A stretch of DNA of 32,000 nucleotides. Origin: Edaphobacter aggregans. GTDB lineage: Bacteria; Acidobacteriota; Terriglobia; Terriglobales; Acidobacteriaceae. This document shows positions 18,145-26,287 of this stretch, one piece after another. The notes below the pieces were generated by a model. It was not told the DNA's origin and did no database searches. It saw nothing but the letters and a program-made list of their open reading frames with translations. A program made the position numbers and the translations under genes. Position 1 is the stretch's first letter. The number at the start of each line of letters is the position of its first letter. Location: positions 4,560,001 through 4,592,000 of the forward strand of contig NZ_RSDW01000001.1 in the NCBI RefSeq assembly GCF_003945235.1, read 5' to 3'.

Positions 18145-19176
18145 TCAGGGAAGCTTTGCGGCTTCGGCCTCGGGGTTCCAGTGGTCGGGGTGGCTGAGGA
18201 ATTGTGTCGGGAGGAAAGGCTTTGTTTCGGCAGGGGTTAGCTGGTGGGACCAGGGGACGCGGGCAGTGGGATTGGCGCCCGGGCCGGTGGAGTTGGATTC
18301 TGCATAGTAGGCGGTCTTTTCGTTGGCGGGATTGTTCCAGTTGTTCCAGCCCTCGGGGCGGAGGTCGGTGGGAAGCGAGGTGTTGATGTAGATGACGCGG
18401 GAGTAGGGTCGCCAGGGTCGACCGAGGCCGGTAGTGTTGTGGGCGGAGGCGGTGCTTGCTGCTCCGGGCGTGGCGGGGTTCATGGGCGGGGCGCTGTGGT
18501 CGATGCTGCTAGTGACGCGGCTGTTGAGGATGACATAGCCGGTGGTTTGATCGGGCGAGGTGCGGGACTGGGCGGTGAGGTAGCCGGGACCGTTGGTGTG
18601 GAGCTCGGACCGGTCGAAGACGGCGGTGGCGTTGCCGAAGATGAAGTCGACGCCGCCTTCGATGTAGGAGTCGACGTAGTATTGGCGGCCGTAGTCGGCG
18701 AAGAGTGTGTCCTGATGGCCCAGGAAGCGGCAGTGCTTGAAGATGGCGCGGTCGCTGCGGACGGCGATGGCTACGGCTTGTCCGGTGTTGCCGGCGGTGT
18801 TTTCGAAGGTGAGGTTGTCGGCTTCGAAGCTGGCGCCGTTCACTTCGACGGTTTCGGTGAAGAAGGTTCCGCCTGCGGTTTTGGCGTTGAGGGAGTTGGT
18901 GATGATGACGTCCTCGGGGGATTTGCCTGTGCCGAGGAAGGTGATGTTGGTGTGGTTCTGGGTGATGATGACGCGCTCGTGATAGGTGCCGGGGGCGATC
19001 TCAATGAAGACTCTGCCGCCGGGGCCGGCGAAGGGATGGTGGTCCATGGCCATCTGGATGGTTGGGAATTCGGTAGTGCCTTCGATGCCGGTTTTTACGT
19101 CAGGGGAGACGCGGACATGGACGTCCTGGGCATGGGCTGCGACAGCGGCGAGAGCGAGTAGGAGCAGGGTTCGCAT
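18145..19176 (-). CDS. Pectinesterase (carbohydrate esterase family 8), secreted
   Basis: CE8 motifs GQAVAI, HQDTLF, GGVDFIFG and LGRPWR. I prefer the start at 19174-19176, giving signal peptide MRTLLLLALAAVAAHAQ. The longer ORF to 19467 overlaps the upstream gene and is Arg/Pro-rich junk. Confidence 0.85.
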   Translation of the reverse strand: MRTLLLLALAAVAAHAQDVHVRVSPDVKTGIEGTTEFPTIQMAMDHHPFAGPGGRVFIEIAPGTYHERVIITQNHTNITFLGTGKSPEDVIITNSLNAKTAGGTFFTETVEVNGASFEADNLTFENTAGNTGQAVAIAVRSDRAIFKHCRFLGHQDTLFADYGRQYYVDSYIEGGVDFIFGNATAVFDRSELHTNGPGYLTAQSRTSPDQTTGYVILNSRVTSSIDHSAPPMNPATPGAASTASAHNTTGLGRPWRPYSRVIYINTSLPTDLRPEGWNNWNNPANEKTAYYAESNSTGPGANPTARVPWSHQLTPAETKPFLPTQFLSHPDHWNPEAEAAKLP

Positions 19177-19229
19177 GGAGGAATGAGTATGCGGGATTGG
19201 ACGGACCACCGGCAAGAGTGGGTTTGAAT

Positions 19230-21035
19230 TCAGGCTTCGATTCCCATCATGCGGATGATGGCGAGGGCGTTCGACGATGGATTGACGCCGGGCTTGAGGA
19301 GAAAGTCGAAGGCGAGAGGGTCGTCTGGGTCGGGGCTGGCCATGTGGACGTTGACGCCGTGGTTTTCGGGTGTGGCGAGCACGGTGAGGGCGAGGTCGTG
19401 AGTGGAGAGTGCGCCGATGGCTTGGTGTTGCAGCAATAGGCGGAGAACGGCCTCGGCGGCGATGCATCGGTCGTGTGAGTTGGTGCCGCTGAAGAGTTCG
19501 TCAACGAGGAAGAGCGTGGGGGTATGTTGGCAGGCGGCGAGGATGGCGTAAAGCCGTTGGACTTCTGCGAGGAATTTTGACTTGCCTTCGGCGAGTGAGT
19601 CGGTGAGGGCGAGCGATGCTCCGATGGCGAGTGTGCGGATGCGCAGAGATGTGGCACGAACAGGCGCGCCGGCGTAGGCAAGGACTGCATTGAGTCCGAT
19701 CGCTCGCAGCAGTGTCGACTTGCCGGCCATATTCGAGCCACTGATGAGGTAGAAGCGGGTGTCGTTGTCGAGGGCGACGTTGTTGCGAATGCAGACATGG
19801 GAGGGGAGCAGGGGGTGGCCGACGGCGACGGCCAGGAAGGTAGGCGGCTCGCTGTCGGGAAGGAGTGTGGGATAGACGTCTTCGGGATGCTCGAAGGCAT
19901 AGTTGGCGAGGGCGTTGAGGGCTTCGAACTCGGCCCATGCGGCCATCCATTGCTTCATCGCGGGCGCGTGTTTGCGCTTCCAGTTGGCGATGGCGATGGC
20001 GGCGTGGGTTCCGGCGGAGAAGAGTAACGATAGAACGTAGAAGTGCTCCTTGTTGCGTTGTTCGACGATGACGAACTGGTTCTGGATGCGTTTGAGGATG
20101 GAAGCGGCGGGGACGGGTTCGCGGCAGGCCTGCGCGATGGAGCGAAGTTGTGGGGCGTTGAAGTTCTGCTGCTGCAGGAGTGCGAGGCCGTCGGCGAAGA
20201 GCTGCATCTGTCTCGCGACGTTTGAGGCGTTGAGGATGGGGAGAACTCTGCGCCGTACGAGGAGTGCGACGGCGGTCTGCAACGCGAAGGCGGCGGTGAG
20301 ATAGGGAAACAGAGCGGACCAGGTGGCGTAATGAAACAGACCTGTCAGCAGGAGCGTGATGATCGTTGTCGAGGTGAGGACGAGCGTCCAACTAACTGCT
20401 GGATGGAAGGTGGGCGGTGAATCGTCGAGCCATGTGTCGAAGAGCGACGCTGGGATCTCTTCGAAACGGGATGGTCCGAGGAGAGCGATTTGCTCGCGGA
20501 GGATGGTGAGTGGGGTTAGCTCCTGAATGGAGCGCTGACGGTCGAGGGATTGTTGTGTGGTGGCTGGTTCGAGGAGAAGACGAGCGAGTCCACGCTGGCC
20601 GATGCCGGTACGAACGGTGGCGAGAAGGCCGAAGAGAGAGTCGGGGCCGAGGATGTTGAGGTCGCGGTCGTAGAGATGGGACGGAGTATGAAACTCTTCG
20701 CCGGTGAGGCCGGATTGGGGTTTCGATCCATCGACGCGTGAGAGGTTGGTGTCGTAGAAGACTTGTAGACGCTGGATGCGGATGAGCTCGGACTGAAATC
20801 GGAGATAGGTGGGGATGGAAGCGACCATAGCGATGATGGGAACCATGACGAGCCAATTTGGGACGGGGTGGCTTGGCGGGCGGGTGCCGAGATAGACCGT
20901 GAGCGCGAGGCAAAGACCGAGGAAGAGTCGAAAACGGAGACGTCTGGCGACGACTGCCTGTTGTTCGCGGTTAAGCGATGACTGACAGTCGCGATAGTGG
21001 GCCTGGAGTGCGGGGTTGTCTTGAGGCAAGGGCAT
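19230..21035 (-). CDS. MutS-related ATPase (MutS domains III and V only) with multiple predicted transmembrane helices
   Basis: Walker A is GSNMAGKSTLLRAIG, Walker B is LFLVDELFSGTN, then STHD. A MutS core-like segment is SLFGLLATVRTGIGQRGLARLL. Hydrophobic helices include FRLFLGLCLALTVYLG, WLVMVPIIAMVASIPTYL, WTLVLTSTTIITLLLTGLF and FPYLTAAFALQTAVALLV. Confidence 0.8.
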   Translation of the reverse strand: MPLPQDNPALQAHYRDCQSSLNREQQAVVARRLRFRLFLGLCLALTVYLGTRPPSHPVPNWLVMVPIIAMVASIPTYLRFQSELIRIQRLQVFYDTNLSRVDGSKPQSGLTGEEFHTPSHLYDRDLNILGPDSLFGLLATVRTGIGQRGLARLLLEPATTQQSLDRQRSIQELTPLTILREQIALLGPSRFEEIPASLFDTWLDDSPPTFHPAVSWTLVLTSTTIITLLLTGLFHYATWSALFPYLTAAFALQTAVALLVRRRVLPILNASNVARQMQLFADGLALLQQQNFNAPQLRSIAQACREPVPAASILKRIQNQFVIVEQRNKEHFYVLSLLFSAGTHAAIAIANWKRKHAPAMKQWMAAWAEFEALNALANYAFEHPEDVYPTLLPDSEPPTFLAVAVGHPLLPSHVCIRNNVALDNDTRFYLISGSNMAGKSTLLRAIGLNAVLAYAGAPVRATSLRIRTLAIGASLALTDSLAEGKSKFLAEVQRLYAILAACQHTPTLFLVDELFSGTNSHDRCIAAEAVLRLLLQHQAIGALSTHDLALTVLATPENHGVNVHMASPDPDDPLAFDFLLKPGVNPSSNALAIIRMMGIEA

Positions 21036-21157
21036 AAGCGGCTTGTCTAGACTAGCAAGGCCAGAACAAAGAGGCAGGCAGTGATGTCGTGACGGGTCTG
21101 GGGAACATAATCCGATCGTCTGCCAGTTTGGCAGTAAGCGAGGACCGCAGGATCGGT

Positions 21158-21760
21158 TTAAGGTTTCTTTGCGGCAGCCTTCTCAGCTTCAGCGACGGCC
21201 TTTCTGAACTCGTCGACTGCTGGGACGTCGTGTGAGTGGAGGGCGTCTTTGGCCATGTATCGCCATGCGGGTGGGTTGTCGAGCGGATCGTTGACGTGAC
21301 CTTCATAGACGGCGAAAGAGTCGTACACAGCACCGATCTCGGTTTGAGAGGGAGCTGTTGTTGGAGGGGCCGAAGGATTTTGGGATGCGGTCTGCGCGCC
21401 GACCGCGATGCTGTTGTCAGTTTGAGTGATGGAGCCGGGACGATTGTTTTGGCGAGGATCGGGGAAGGTTCGATCGACGAGGCGTCCATTACCTTTGCGC
21501 ACGACGATGATGATGTCCGCCAGTTGGGGGCTCAGAACGGGATTGAATCGTCCCCAACGAAGGATTGCGGTTTCGACGTCTTTTTGAGCGGTTTGGTTGG
21601 CGAGTGGATTGTCGGGGGAGATGCCGGCGTCCGGATCGACCAAGATGGCGACGTTCTGGGCGTTCAAGACATAGGGTGGGAGCGTAGGCTTTTTCTTATC
21701 CTTCGCGAATCCGTGAGACACCGTTAGAAGAAGTACTGCGACCAGAACAGATGCGCGCAT
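21158..21760 (-). CDS. Hypothetical secreted protein
   Basis: 200-aa ORF with signal peptide MRASVLVAVLLLTVSHGFA. No motif I recognise. Confidence 0.6.
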   Translation of the reverse strand: MRASVLVAVLLLTVSHGFAKDKKKPTLPPYVLNAQNVAILVDPDAGISPDNPLANQTAQKDVETAILRWGRFNPVLSPQLADIIIVVRKGNGRLVDRTFPDPRQNNRPGSITQTDNSIAVGAQTASQNPSAPPTTAPSQTEIGAVYDSFAVYEGHVNDPLDNPPAWRYMAKDALHSHDVPAVDEFRKAVAEAEKAAAKKP

Positions 21761-21836
21761 TGCTGCCTCCTCGCCGACGCGGATTATCTTATGCTGCCTG
21801 GTTTAACACGGTCTGGTGGAAGGGGTTTCGCGCGAG

Positions 21837-21865
21837 TTGGGATGTGGATTTCTGAGTGGTAGAAT
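21837..21865 (+). promoter_or_regulatory. Sigma-70-type promoter of the SRP RNA gene
   Basis: TTGGGA (21837-21842), a 17-nt spacer, then TAGAAT (21860-21865). The RNA helix begins about 6 nt downstream. Confidence 0.5.
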
Positions 21866-21870
21866 AAGAC

Positions 21871-21969
21871 GTGTGCCGGGTCCTACGCGACGTAATCCCG
21901 CCAACCCCGCCAGGTCCGGAAGGAAGCAACGGTAACGGGCCATTACGGGCGCAGTGGGTCGCCCGGTAC
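21871..21969 (+). ncRNA. ffs: Signal recognition particle RNA, small (4.5S) type
   Basis: Contains CCAGGUCCGGAAGGAAGCAAC, which matches the conserved helix-8 motif with GGAA tetraloop (E. coli has CAGGUCCGGAAGGAAGCAGC). The ends pair: GUGCCGGG with CCCGGUAC, CCUAC with GUGGG, and GUAAUCCC with GGG(CC)AUUAC, giving one long hairpin. TTTTTATT follows. End coordinates are good to about 5 nt. Confidence 0.85.
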
Positions 21970-22180
21970 ATTTTTATTGCTCCCTTCCCAACCTTGATTC
22001 CTCCAGCTAACAATCTGGCTTTCTGAGACTTCGGAGGGGAGAGGTGCGTCTGGTAACGGTGGTTCACAATAATGAAGTGACAGAGCTGTTGTTCTCGTTG
22101 AGAATGGTGGCGTTGTGTGAATGCCAATTCATTTGTAATAGTTTTGTATTCTGGGTCTAGCTTTGTTGTGAGGTGAGAGT

Positions 22181-23197
22181 TTGAGTTTGACGTTGAAGCC
22201 GCAGGCGAGGGTAAGAGCGAAGATCAGTTCGGTTGGGGCTTATGTTCCGCCGCGGTTGTTGACCAATGCCGACCTTGAAAAGATGGTGGCGACGAACGAC
22301 CAGTGGATTGTGGAGCGGACGGGGATTCGTGAGCGGCATCTGGTCGACAAAGGTGTGGCGACGAGTGATCTGGCGGTAGAGGCGGCGAAGTGCTGCCTAA
22401 AGAAACGCGGAGTGAGGCCCGAAGATATTGAGGTGATCATCGTTGCGACGGTGACTCCGGACATGATGTTTCCGGCTACGGCTTGTTTGGTGCAGGACAA
22501 GCTTGGGGCAAAGGGCGCGTGGGGGTTCGATCTGTCGGCTGCTTGCTCGGGGTTTCCGTATGCGCTGCAGGTGGGGGCGAAGCTGGTCGAGAGCGGGATG
22601 CACAAGAAGGTGTTGGTGATCGGGGCGGATGTAATGAGCTCGATCATCGACTATACGGACCGGGCTACTTGCGTAATCTTCGGCGATGGCGCGGGCGCTG
22701 TGCTGTTGGAGCCTTGCGAAGAAGGGGAGGTTGGGCTGGTCGACTACTGGCATGAGGTGGATGGTTCGGGTGCGGTGGCTCTGAATATGCCGGCGGGTGG
22801 AAGTCTGCATCCGACGACTGCGGAGACGGTGGCGGCGAAGCAGCATTTCGTTCATCAGGATGGACAGGCGGTGTACAAGTTTGCCGTGCGGAAGATGGCG
22901 GAGGCCGCAGAGACGGTGTTGGCACGGAATGGTGTGGAGGGGAAGGATCTTTCGTGCTTTATTCCGCATCAGGCGAATAAGCGAATTATTCTTTCGACGG
23001 CGGAGCGGTTGGGGATGCCAGAAGATCGTGTCGTCATCAATATCGACCGTTACGGGAATACGACGGCGGCGACGATTCCGCTGGCGATGCAGACGGCTCT
23101 GGATGATAAGCGGCTAAAGAAGGGCGATCTGGTGCTGCTAGCTAGTGTGGGCGCTGGGTTTACGGTCGGAGCTACTTTGCTGCGGTGGGAGTTTTAG
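22181..23197 (+). CDS. fabH: 3-oxoacyl-ACP synthase III
   Basis: [39 protein letters not shown]; active-site region [13 protein letters not shown]; then HQANKRI and [13 protein letters not shown] start at 22181 preceded by GAGGTGAGA. Confidence 0.9.
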   Translation: MSLTLKPQARVRAKISSVGAYVPPRLLTNADLEKMVATNDQWIVERTGIRERHLVDKGVATSDLAVEAAKCCLKKRGVRPEDIEVIIVATVTPDMMFPATACLVQDKLGAKGAWGFDLSAACSGFPYALQVGAKLVESGMHKKVLVIGADVMSSIIDYTDRATCVIFGDGAGAVLLEPCEEGEVGLVDYWHEVDGSGAVALNMPAGGSLHPTTAETVAAKQHFVHQDGQAVYKFAVRKMAEAAETVLARNGVEGKDLSCFIPHQANKRIILSTAERLGMPEDRVVINIDRYGNTTAATIPLAMQTALDDKRLKKGDLVLLASVGAGFTVGATLLRWEF

Positions 23198-23227
23198 AGG
23201 GGTTTCAGTCAGCCTTTGCATCGCTGT

Positions 23228-23272
23228 ATGTCAATACTTATTTATTGATAATCGATAAATAAGTATTGACAT
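23228..23272. promoter_or_regulatory. Perfect 18-bp inverted repeat (9-bp spacer) overlapping a putative -35 box; candidate operator
   Basis: ATGTCAATACTTATTTAT (23228-23245), TGATAATCG, ATAAATAAGTATTGACAT (23255-23272). The right arm contains TTGACA (23266-23271). TATCTT lies at 23288-23293 after a 16-nt spacer. Confidence 0.6.
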
Positions 23273-23338
23273 GGGTTATTTAATCGGTATCTTCATTCAT
23301 GAATGGGAGAGAAGTTTTCTCTCCTCCTGGAGGTTTTC

Positions 23339-23866
23339 ATGCGTGCTGAAGCCGAGAAAAGACTGAAGAAAATTAAGCAGTTCAGCCGAGTGCTGAGACG
23401 AGTGTGCCAGGGACTGATGGTTCTTATGGCACTTGTATTTTTGATATCTGTTGTAGCAAGCCTGGTGGGTCGAGGAGTTACGGTCCGTGCTTTCAACGTC
23501 GCAGTTCCGCTAAGCTCACTCAGTTTTCCTCAGCGTCTCGTCATCGTGACGCTCCTTGCACTGGCGATCGGCGTTCTTCTCAAGGGGCTCTATCACCTGC
23601 AGCGGCTGTTTGGAAACTACGCTAGCGGAGATATCTTTACCACCGAAACCGTCGGCCAAATTCGTCAGCTAGGCATCACTGCTCTGTTGTGGGCGGGCGC
23701 AAATGTTGCATGGGTCGCCGTTACTCACACACTCATGCGCGCACCGTCACCGCGCTCGTTCCAACTCCATCTTGACTCTGTCGCAATTGGTTTAATCGTC
23801 ATTGTGATCTCGTGGTTCATGGAGATGGCTGCAGAGATGCACGAAGAGAACGAACTCACAATCTGA
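23339..23866 (+). CDS. DUF2975-like polytopic membrane protein
   Basis: I prefer the ATG at 23339, 5 nt after GGAGG (23329-23333), over 23303. There are four predicted TM helices. It is paired with a YozG-type regulator as in the known DUF2975/YozG gene pair. The family call is memory-based. Confidence 0.6.
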   Translation: MRAEAEKRLKKIKQFSRVLRRVCQGLMVLMALVFLISVVASLVGRGVTVRAFNVAVPLSSLSFPQRLVIVTLLALAIGVLLKGLYHLQRLFGNYASGDIFTTETVGQIRQLGITALLWAGANVAWVAVTHTLMRAPSPRSFQLHLDSVAIGLIVIVISWFMEMAAEMHEENELTI

Positions 23867-23885
23867 TCAAGCCGTGGAGCCAGCC

Positions 23886-24143
23886 GTGCCAATTGTTATC
23901 AATGTCGATGTCATGCTCGCTCGCCGGAAGATGCGGCTCAACACGTTAGCCGAACGGGTCGGGATCACGCCTCAGAACCTCTCTGTCCTTAAGACCGGTC
24001 GGGCTAAGGCAATCCGCTTCAGTACCCTGGAGCAACTATGCGAAGTTCTCGAATGTCAGCCTGGTGATCTGCTGTCCTTTGAGAAGGCTGAAGGAAGTCA
24101 GACTCCGCGAGTTCAGCTGTGGGATGAAGAGATTCTCGGCTAA
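23886..24143 (+). CDS. YozG-type small XRE/Cro-family HTH transcriptional regulator
   Basis: PIVINVDVMLARRKMRLNTLAERVGITPQNLSVLKTGRAKAIRFSTLEQLCEVLECQPGDLL closely parallels B. subtilis YozG. I prefer the GTG start at 23886 (GGAG at 23876-23879). An in-frame alternative GTG lies at 23874. Confidence 0.8.
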   Translation: MPIVINVDVMLARRKMRLNTLAERVGITPQNLSVLKTGRAKAIRFSTLEQLCEVLECQPGDLLSFEKAEGSQTPRVQLWDEEILG

Positions 24144-24227
24144 ATTATTCGCGTAATTGTGCGGCGTCGTTCATTCGGCGTTTATTTTTCCGTGAGTTGT
24201 CAGGAGTTGACTGGATTAGTATCTGTC

Positions 24228-24239
24228 AGATATATATCT
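24228..24239. promoter_or_regulatory. 12-bp perfect palindrome just upstream of padR; possible operator or -10 region
   Basis: AGATATATATCT at 24228-24239, 8 nt before the padR ATG. GTCAGGAGTTGAC (a 4-5-4 dyad) lies at 24199-24211. The role is inferred only. Confidence 0.25.
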
Positions 24240-24246
24240 TTCAACT

Positions 24247-24819
24247 ATGAAGATGGAAGGTGGCGCTACACCGAATGCTTTGCTGGGACTGCTGAGTCTT
24301 CGACCTATGTCCGGATATGACATTCGGCAGGTTATTTCGGAGTCGATTGGATATTTCTGGAGTGAGAGCTATGGGCAGATTTATCCGGGTCTGAAGCGGC
24401 TGGAGGCTGAGGGCCTGGTGTCGAAGAAAACGGTGCGTGGGAAGGGGAGTCCCGACCGGAATGTGTATTCGCTGACGGAAGATGGACGGCGGAAGCTGCG
24501 TGAATGGCTAAAGCTGCCAGTGGCGGAGGTGGTTCCAAGGAACGAGTTGCTGCTGAAGCTGTTCTTTGGGGCGCATGTTTCTCCTAACGTCAGCCGGGAG
24601 CATGTGCAGGCTTTTCTGGAGAGGTGTCAAGAGGACTTGCGGGTGTATGGAGAGCTCGAGAAGGGGTTGCGGAAGAAAGGGGTACCGGAATCGCAGCTGC
24701 CGTTTTGCATGATGACGCTGAATATGGGGCGGCATCGCAGTGCAGCAATGGTGAAGTGGTGCGAGGAGACGATAGCAGAGCTGGACAAAATCGAGCGCAC
24801 AGCGAAGGGAGGCAAGTGA
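24247..24819 (+). CDS. PadR family transcriptional regulator (long form with C-terminal domain)
   Basis: The winged-HTH region LLGLLSLRPMSGYDIRQVISESIGYFWSESYGQIYPGLKRLEAEGLVSKK...RNVYSLTEDGRRKLREWL is the PadR signature. Confidence 0.85.
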   Translation: MKMEGGATPNALLGLLSLRPMSGYDIRQVISESIGYFWSESYGQIYPGLKRLEAEGLVSKKTVRGKGSPDRNVYSLTEDGRRKLREWLKLPVAEVVPRNELLLKLFFGAHVSPNVSREHVQAFLERCQEDLRVYGELEKGLRKKGVPESQLPFCMMTLNMGRHRSAAMVKWCEETIAELDKIERTAKGGK

Positions 24820-25505
24820 TGCATGTAGCAGACCCGTTGTGGATGAGGGTTTTTCTCGGAGTGCATATTACGGCTGGTGCTTCAGCGTTTCTGCTGGCTC
24901 CGGTGGCACTGGCCACGGCGAAGGGCGGCAAGCAGCATAAACGTTGGGGGATGGTTTATCTGTGGTCGATGGGCGTGGTGGCGGCTACTGCTTTGCCAAT
25001 GGCGCTCTATCGTCCGGTGCTGTTTCTGGCGCTGGTGGCGGTGTTCAGCTTTTATGCATGCTTCTCGGCGTGGCGAGTGCTGGCGTTGAAGGACCTGCCG
25101 CTAGGTGGGCGAGCGAAGGGGATCGACTGGTTTGCGGCCGTGGTGACGTTCGTGGCGAGCGCCTGTCTTGCGGGGTTTGCGGTGCTCAAGCCTGCGATGG
25201 TGCAGCACATGGGGATCGTGGCGATTGTGTTTGGGGTGATTGGGATGTCGCTGGCGATTGGGCAGATGAAGAGCTTCGTGTGGAAGCCGAAGGAAAAGAT
25301 GTTCTGGTGGTATTCGCACCTGGGGAACATGATTGGAAGCTATATCGCTGCTTGGTCGGCCTTCAGCGTGGTGACGTTGTCGCGGGTGGTTGGGAACCAC
25401 TGGTATGTATGGCTCTGGCCAACGTTGATAGGGGTTCCGGCGATTACGGTGACGACGGCTTACTACAAGCGGAAGTTTGCGCCGAAGGTAAAGAGTGCGG
25501 CCTAG
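24819..25505 (+). CDS. Hypothetical polytopic membrane protein (possibly DUF2306-like), translationally coupled to padR
   Basis: The ATG at 24819 overlaps the padR TGA (gTGATG). The 228-aa product has about six TM helices. GVHITAGASAFLLAPVALA...HKRWGMVYLW is reminiscent of DUF2306, at low confidence. The ORF-track start at 24624 lies inside padR. Confidence 0.65.
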   Translation: MHVADPLWMRVFLGVHITAGASAFLLAPVALATAKGGKQHKRWGMVYLWSMGVVAATALPMALYRPVLFLALVAVFSFYACFSAWRVLALKDLPLGGRAKGIDWFAAVVTFVASACLAGFAVLKPAMVQHMGIVAIVFGVIGMSLAIGQMKSFVWKPKEKMFWWYSHLGNMIGSYIAAWSAFSVVTLSRVVGNHWYVWLWPTLIGVPAITVTTAYYKRKFAPKVKSAA

Positions 25506-26230
25506 GCTGGGGTTTTGGAGCCGCTTACGATGCCTTGCGGCTGGATGGTGACGTCTCGAGAGGTCTTGTAGAGCTTCCAGAAGCCGATGGCGCAGCTGAC
25601 GATGATGGCCGTCCAGATGATGATGAGGATGGTGGTGGCGTATTGGGCGGAGAGGTGGTTCCACAGGCGCAGGATGTGGCGGCCGTAGTGGATGCCGAGC
25701 CATGCGGCGATGGAGTGACGGGCGCCGCGGCTGATGGTGAAGGTAGTCATAAAGGTCTTCTTCGACATCTTGAGCGCGCCCGCGGCGAGGACGAAGGGCG
25801 AGAGCGGCATGGGCGGAGGCAGGATGGCGGGAAGGGCAACGGCGAGGATGGCATGGCGCTCCATCCAGTCGCGGACACGGTTGAAGATGCGCGGGGGAAT
25901 GCGCTTCTCGAGGAAGGCTATGCCGCCGGATTGGCCGACCTGGTAGCTGAGATATCCACCGATTGCGGAGCCCAGGGTGGCGATCGGGACTAGGAGAAAC
26001 CAGTTGTTGTGGCGGGCGGCGAGCACGACGAGCATGATGTCGGTGATGCCGGGGACGGGGAGGGGCACGAAGGAGGAGTCGACGATAGAGACGATGAAGA
26101 GACCGAAGAGCCCGAAGCCAAAGAGGAAGTGCAGCAGGGGTGAGGTGTGACGGGTTTGGGGCGCCATAATCTCGATGGCAGCGGTGGCGGAGGAGTCGGC
26201 CACGATCGTGGCTGCTGCGGTCGGCGTCAT
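25502..26230 (-). CDS. DedA/YqaA (VTT-domain) family membrane protein
   Basis: IVDSSFVPLPVPGITDIMLVVLAA...LGSAIGGYLSYQVG...ILAVALPAILPPPMPLSPFVLAAGALKMS resembles YqaA/DedA. The start could instead be the internal MAPQTRH. Confidence 0.75.
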   Translation of the reverse strand: MTPTAAATIVADSSATAAIEIMAPQTRHTSPLLHFLFGFGLFGLFIVSIVDSSFVPLPVPGITDIMLVVLAARHNNWFLLVPIATLGSAIGGYLSYQVGQSGGIAFLEKRIPPRIFNRVRDWMERHAILAVALPAILPPPMPLSPFVLAAGALKMSKKTFMTTFTISRGARHSIAAWLGIHYGRHILRLWNHLSAQYATTILIIIWTAIIVSCAIGFWKLYKTSRDVTIQPQGIVSGSKTPA

Positions 26231-26287
26231 ATGTGTTAAGACGCGAGTTGGGGATGGGAAGTCGCGAAAAGAAAAAGAAAACGGTGT

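Noticed and set aside
19177-19467. N-terminal extension of the pectinesterase ORF (start at 19467)
   Set aside because: The extension is Arg/Pro-rich and overlaps the 3' end of the MutS-like gene. The internal Met at 19176 gives a canonical signal peptide directly.
21111-21155. Nested hairpin (CCGATC...GATCGG enclosing CTGCCA-GTT-TGGCAG) downstream of the 21158 gene
   Set aside because: The stems are short and no U-tract follows on the minus strand. It is too weak to call as a terminator or RNA element.
21789-22127. 112-aa minus-strand ORF
   Set aside because: It is antisense to the SRP RNA gene, which is strongly supported by the conserved helix-8 motif and end pairing.
22104-22160. 18-codon Cys-rich mini-ORF (MVALCECQFICNSFVFWV) upstream of fabH
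   Set aside because: It has no Shine-Dalgarno sequence, is too short, and its conservation cannot be assessed. It is likely chance.
24624-24818. Upstream extension of the membrane-protein ORF into padR
   Set aside because: It lies entirely within the well-supported padR coding frame. The ATG at 24819 overlapping the padR stop is the classical coupled start.
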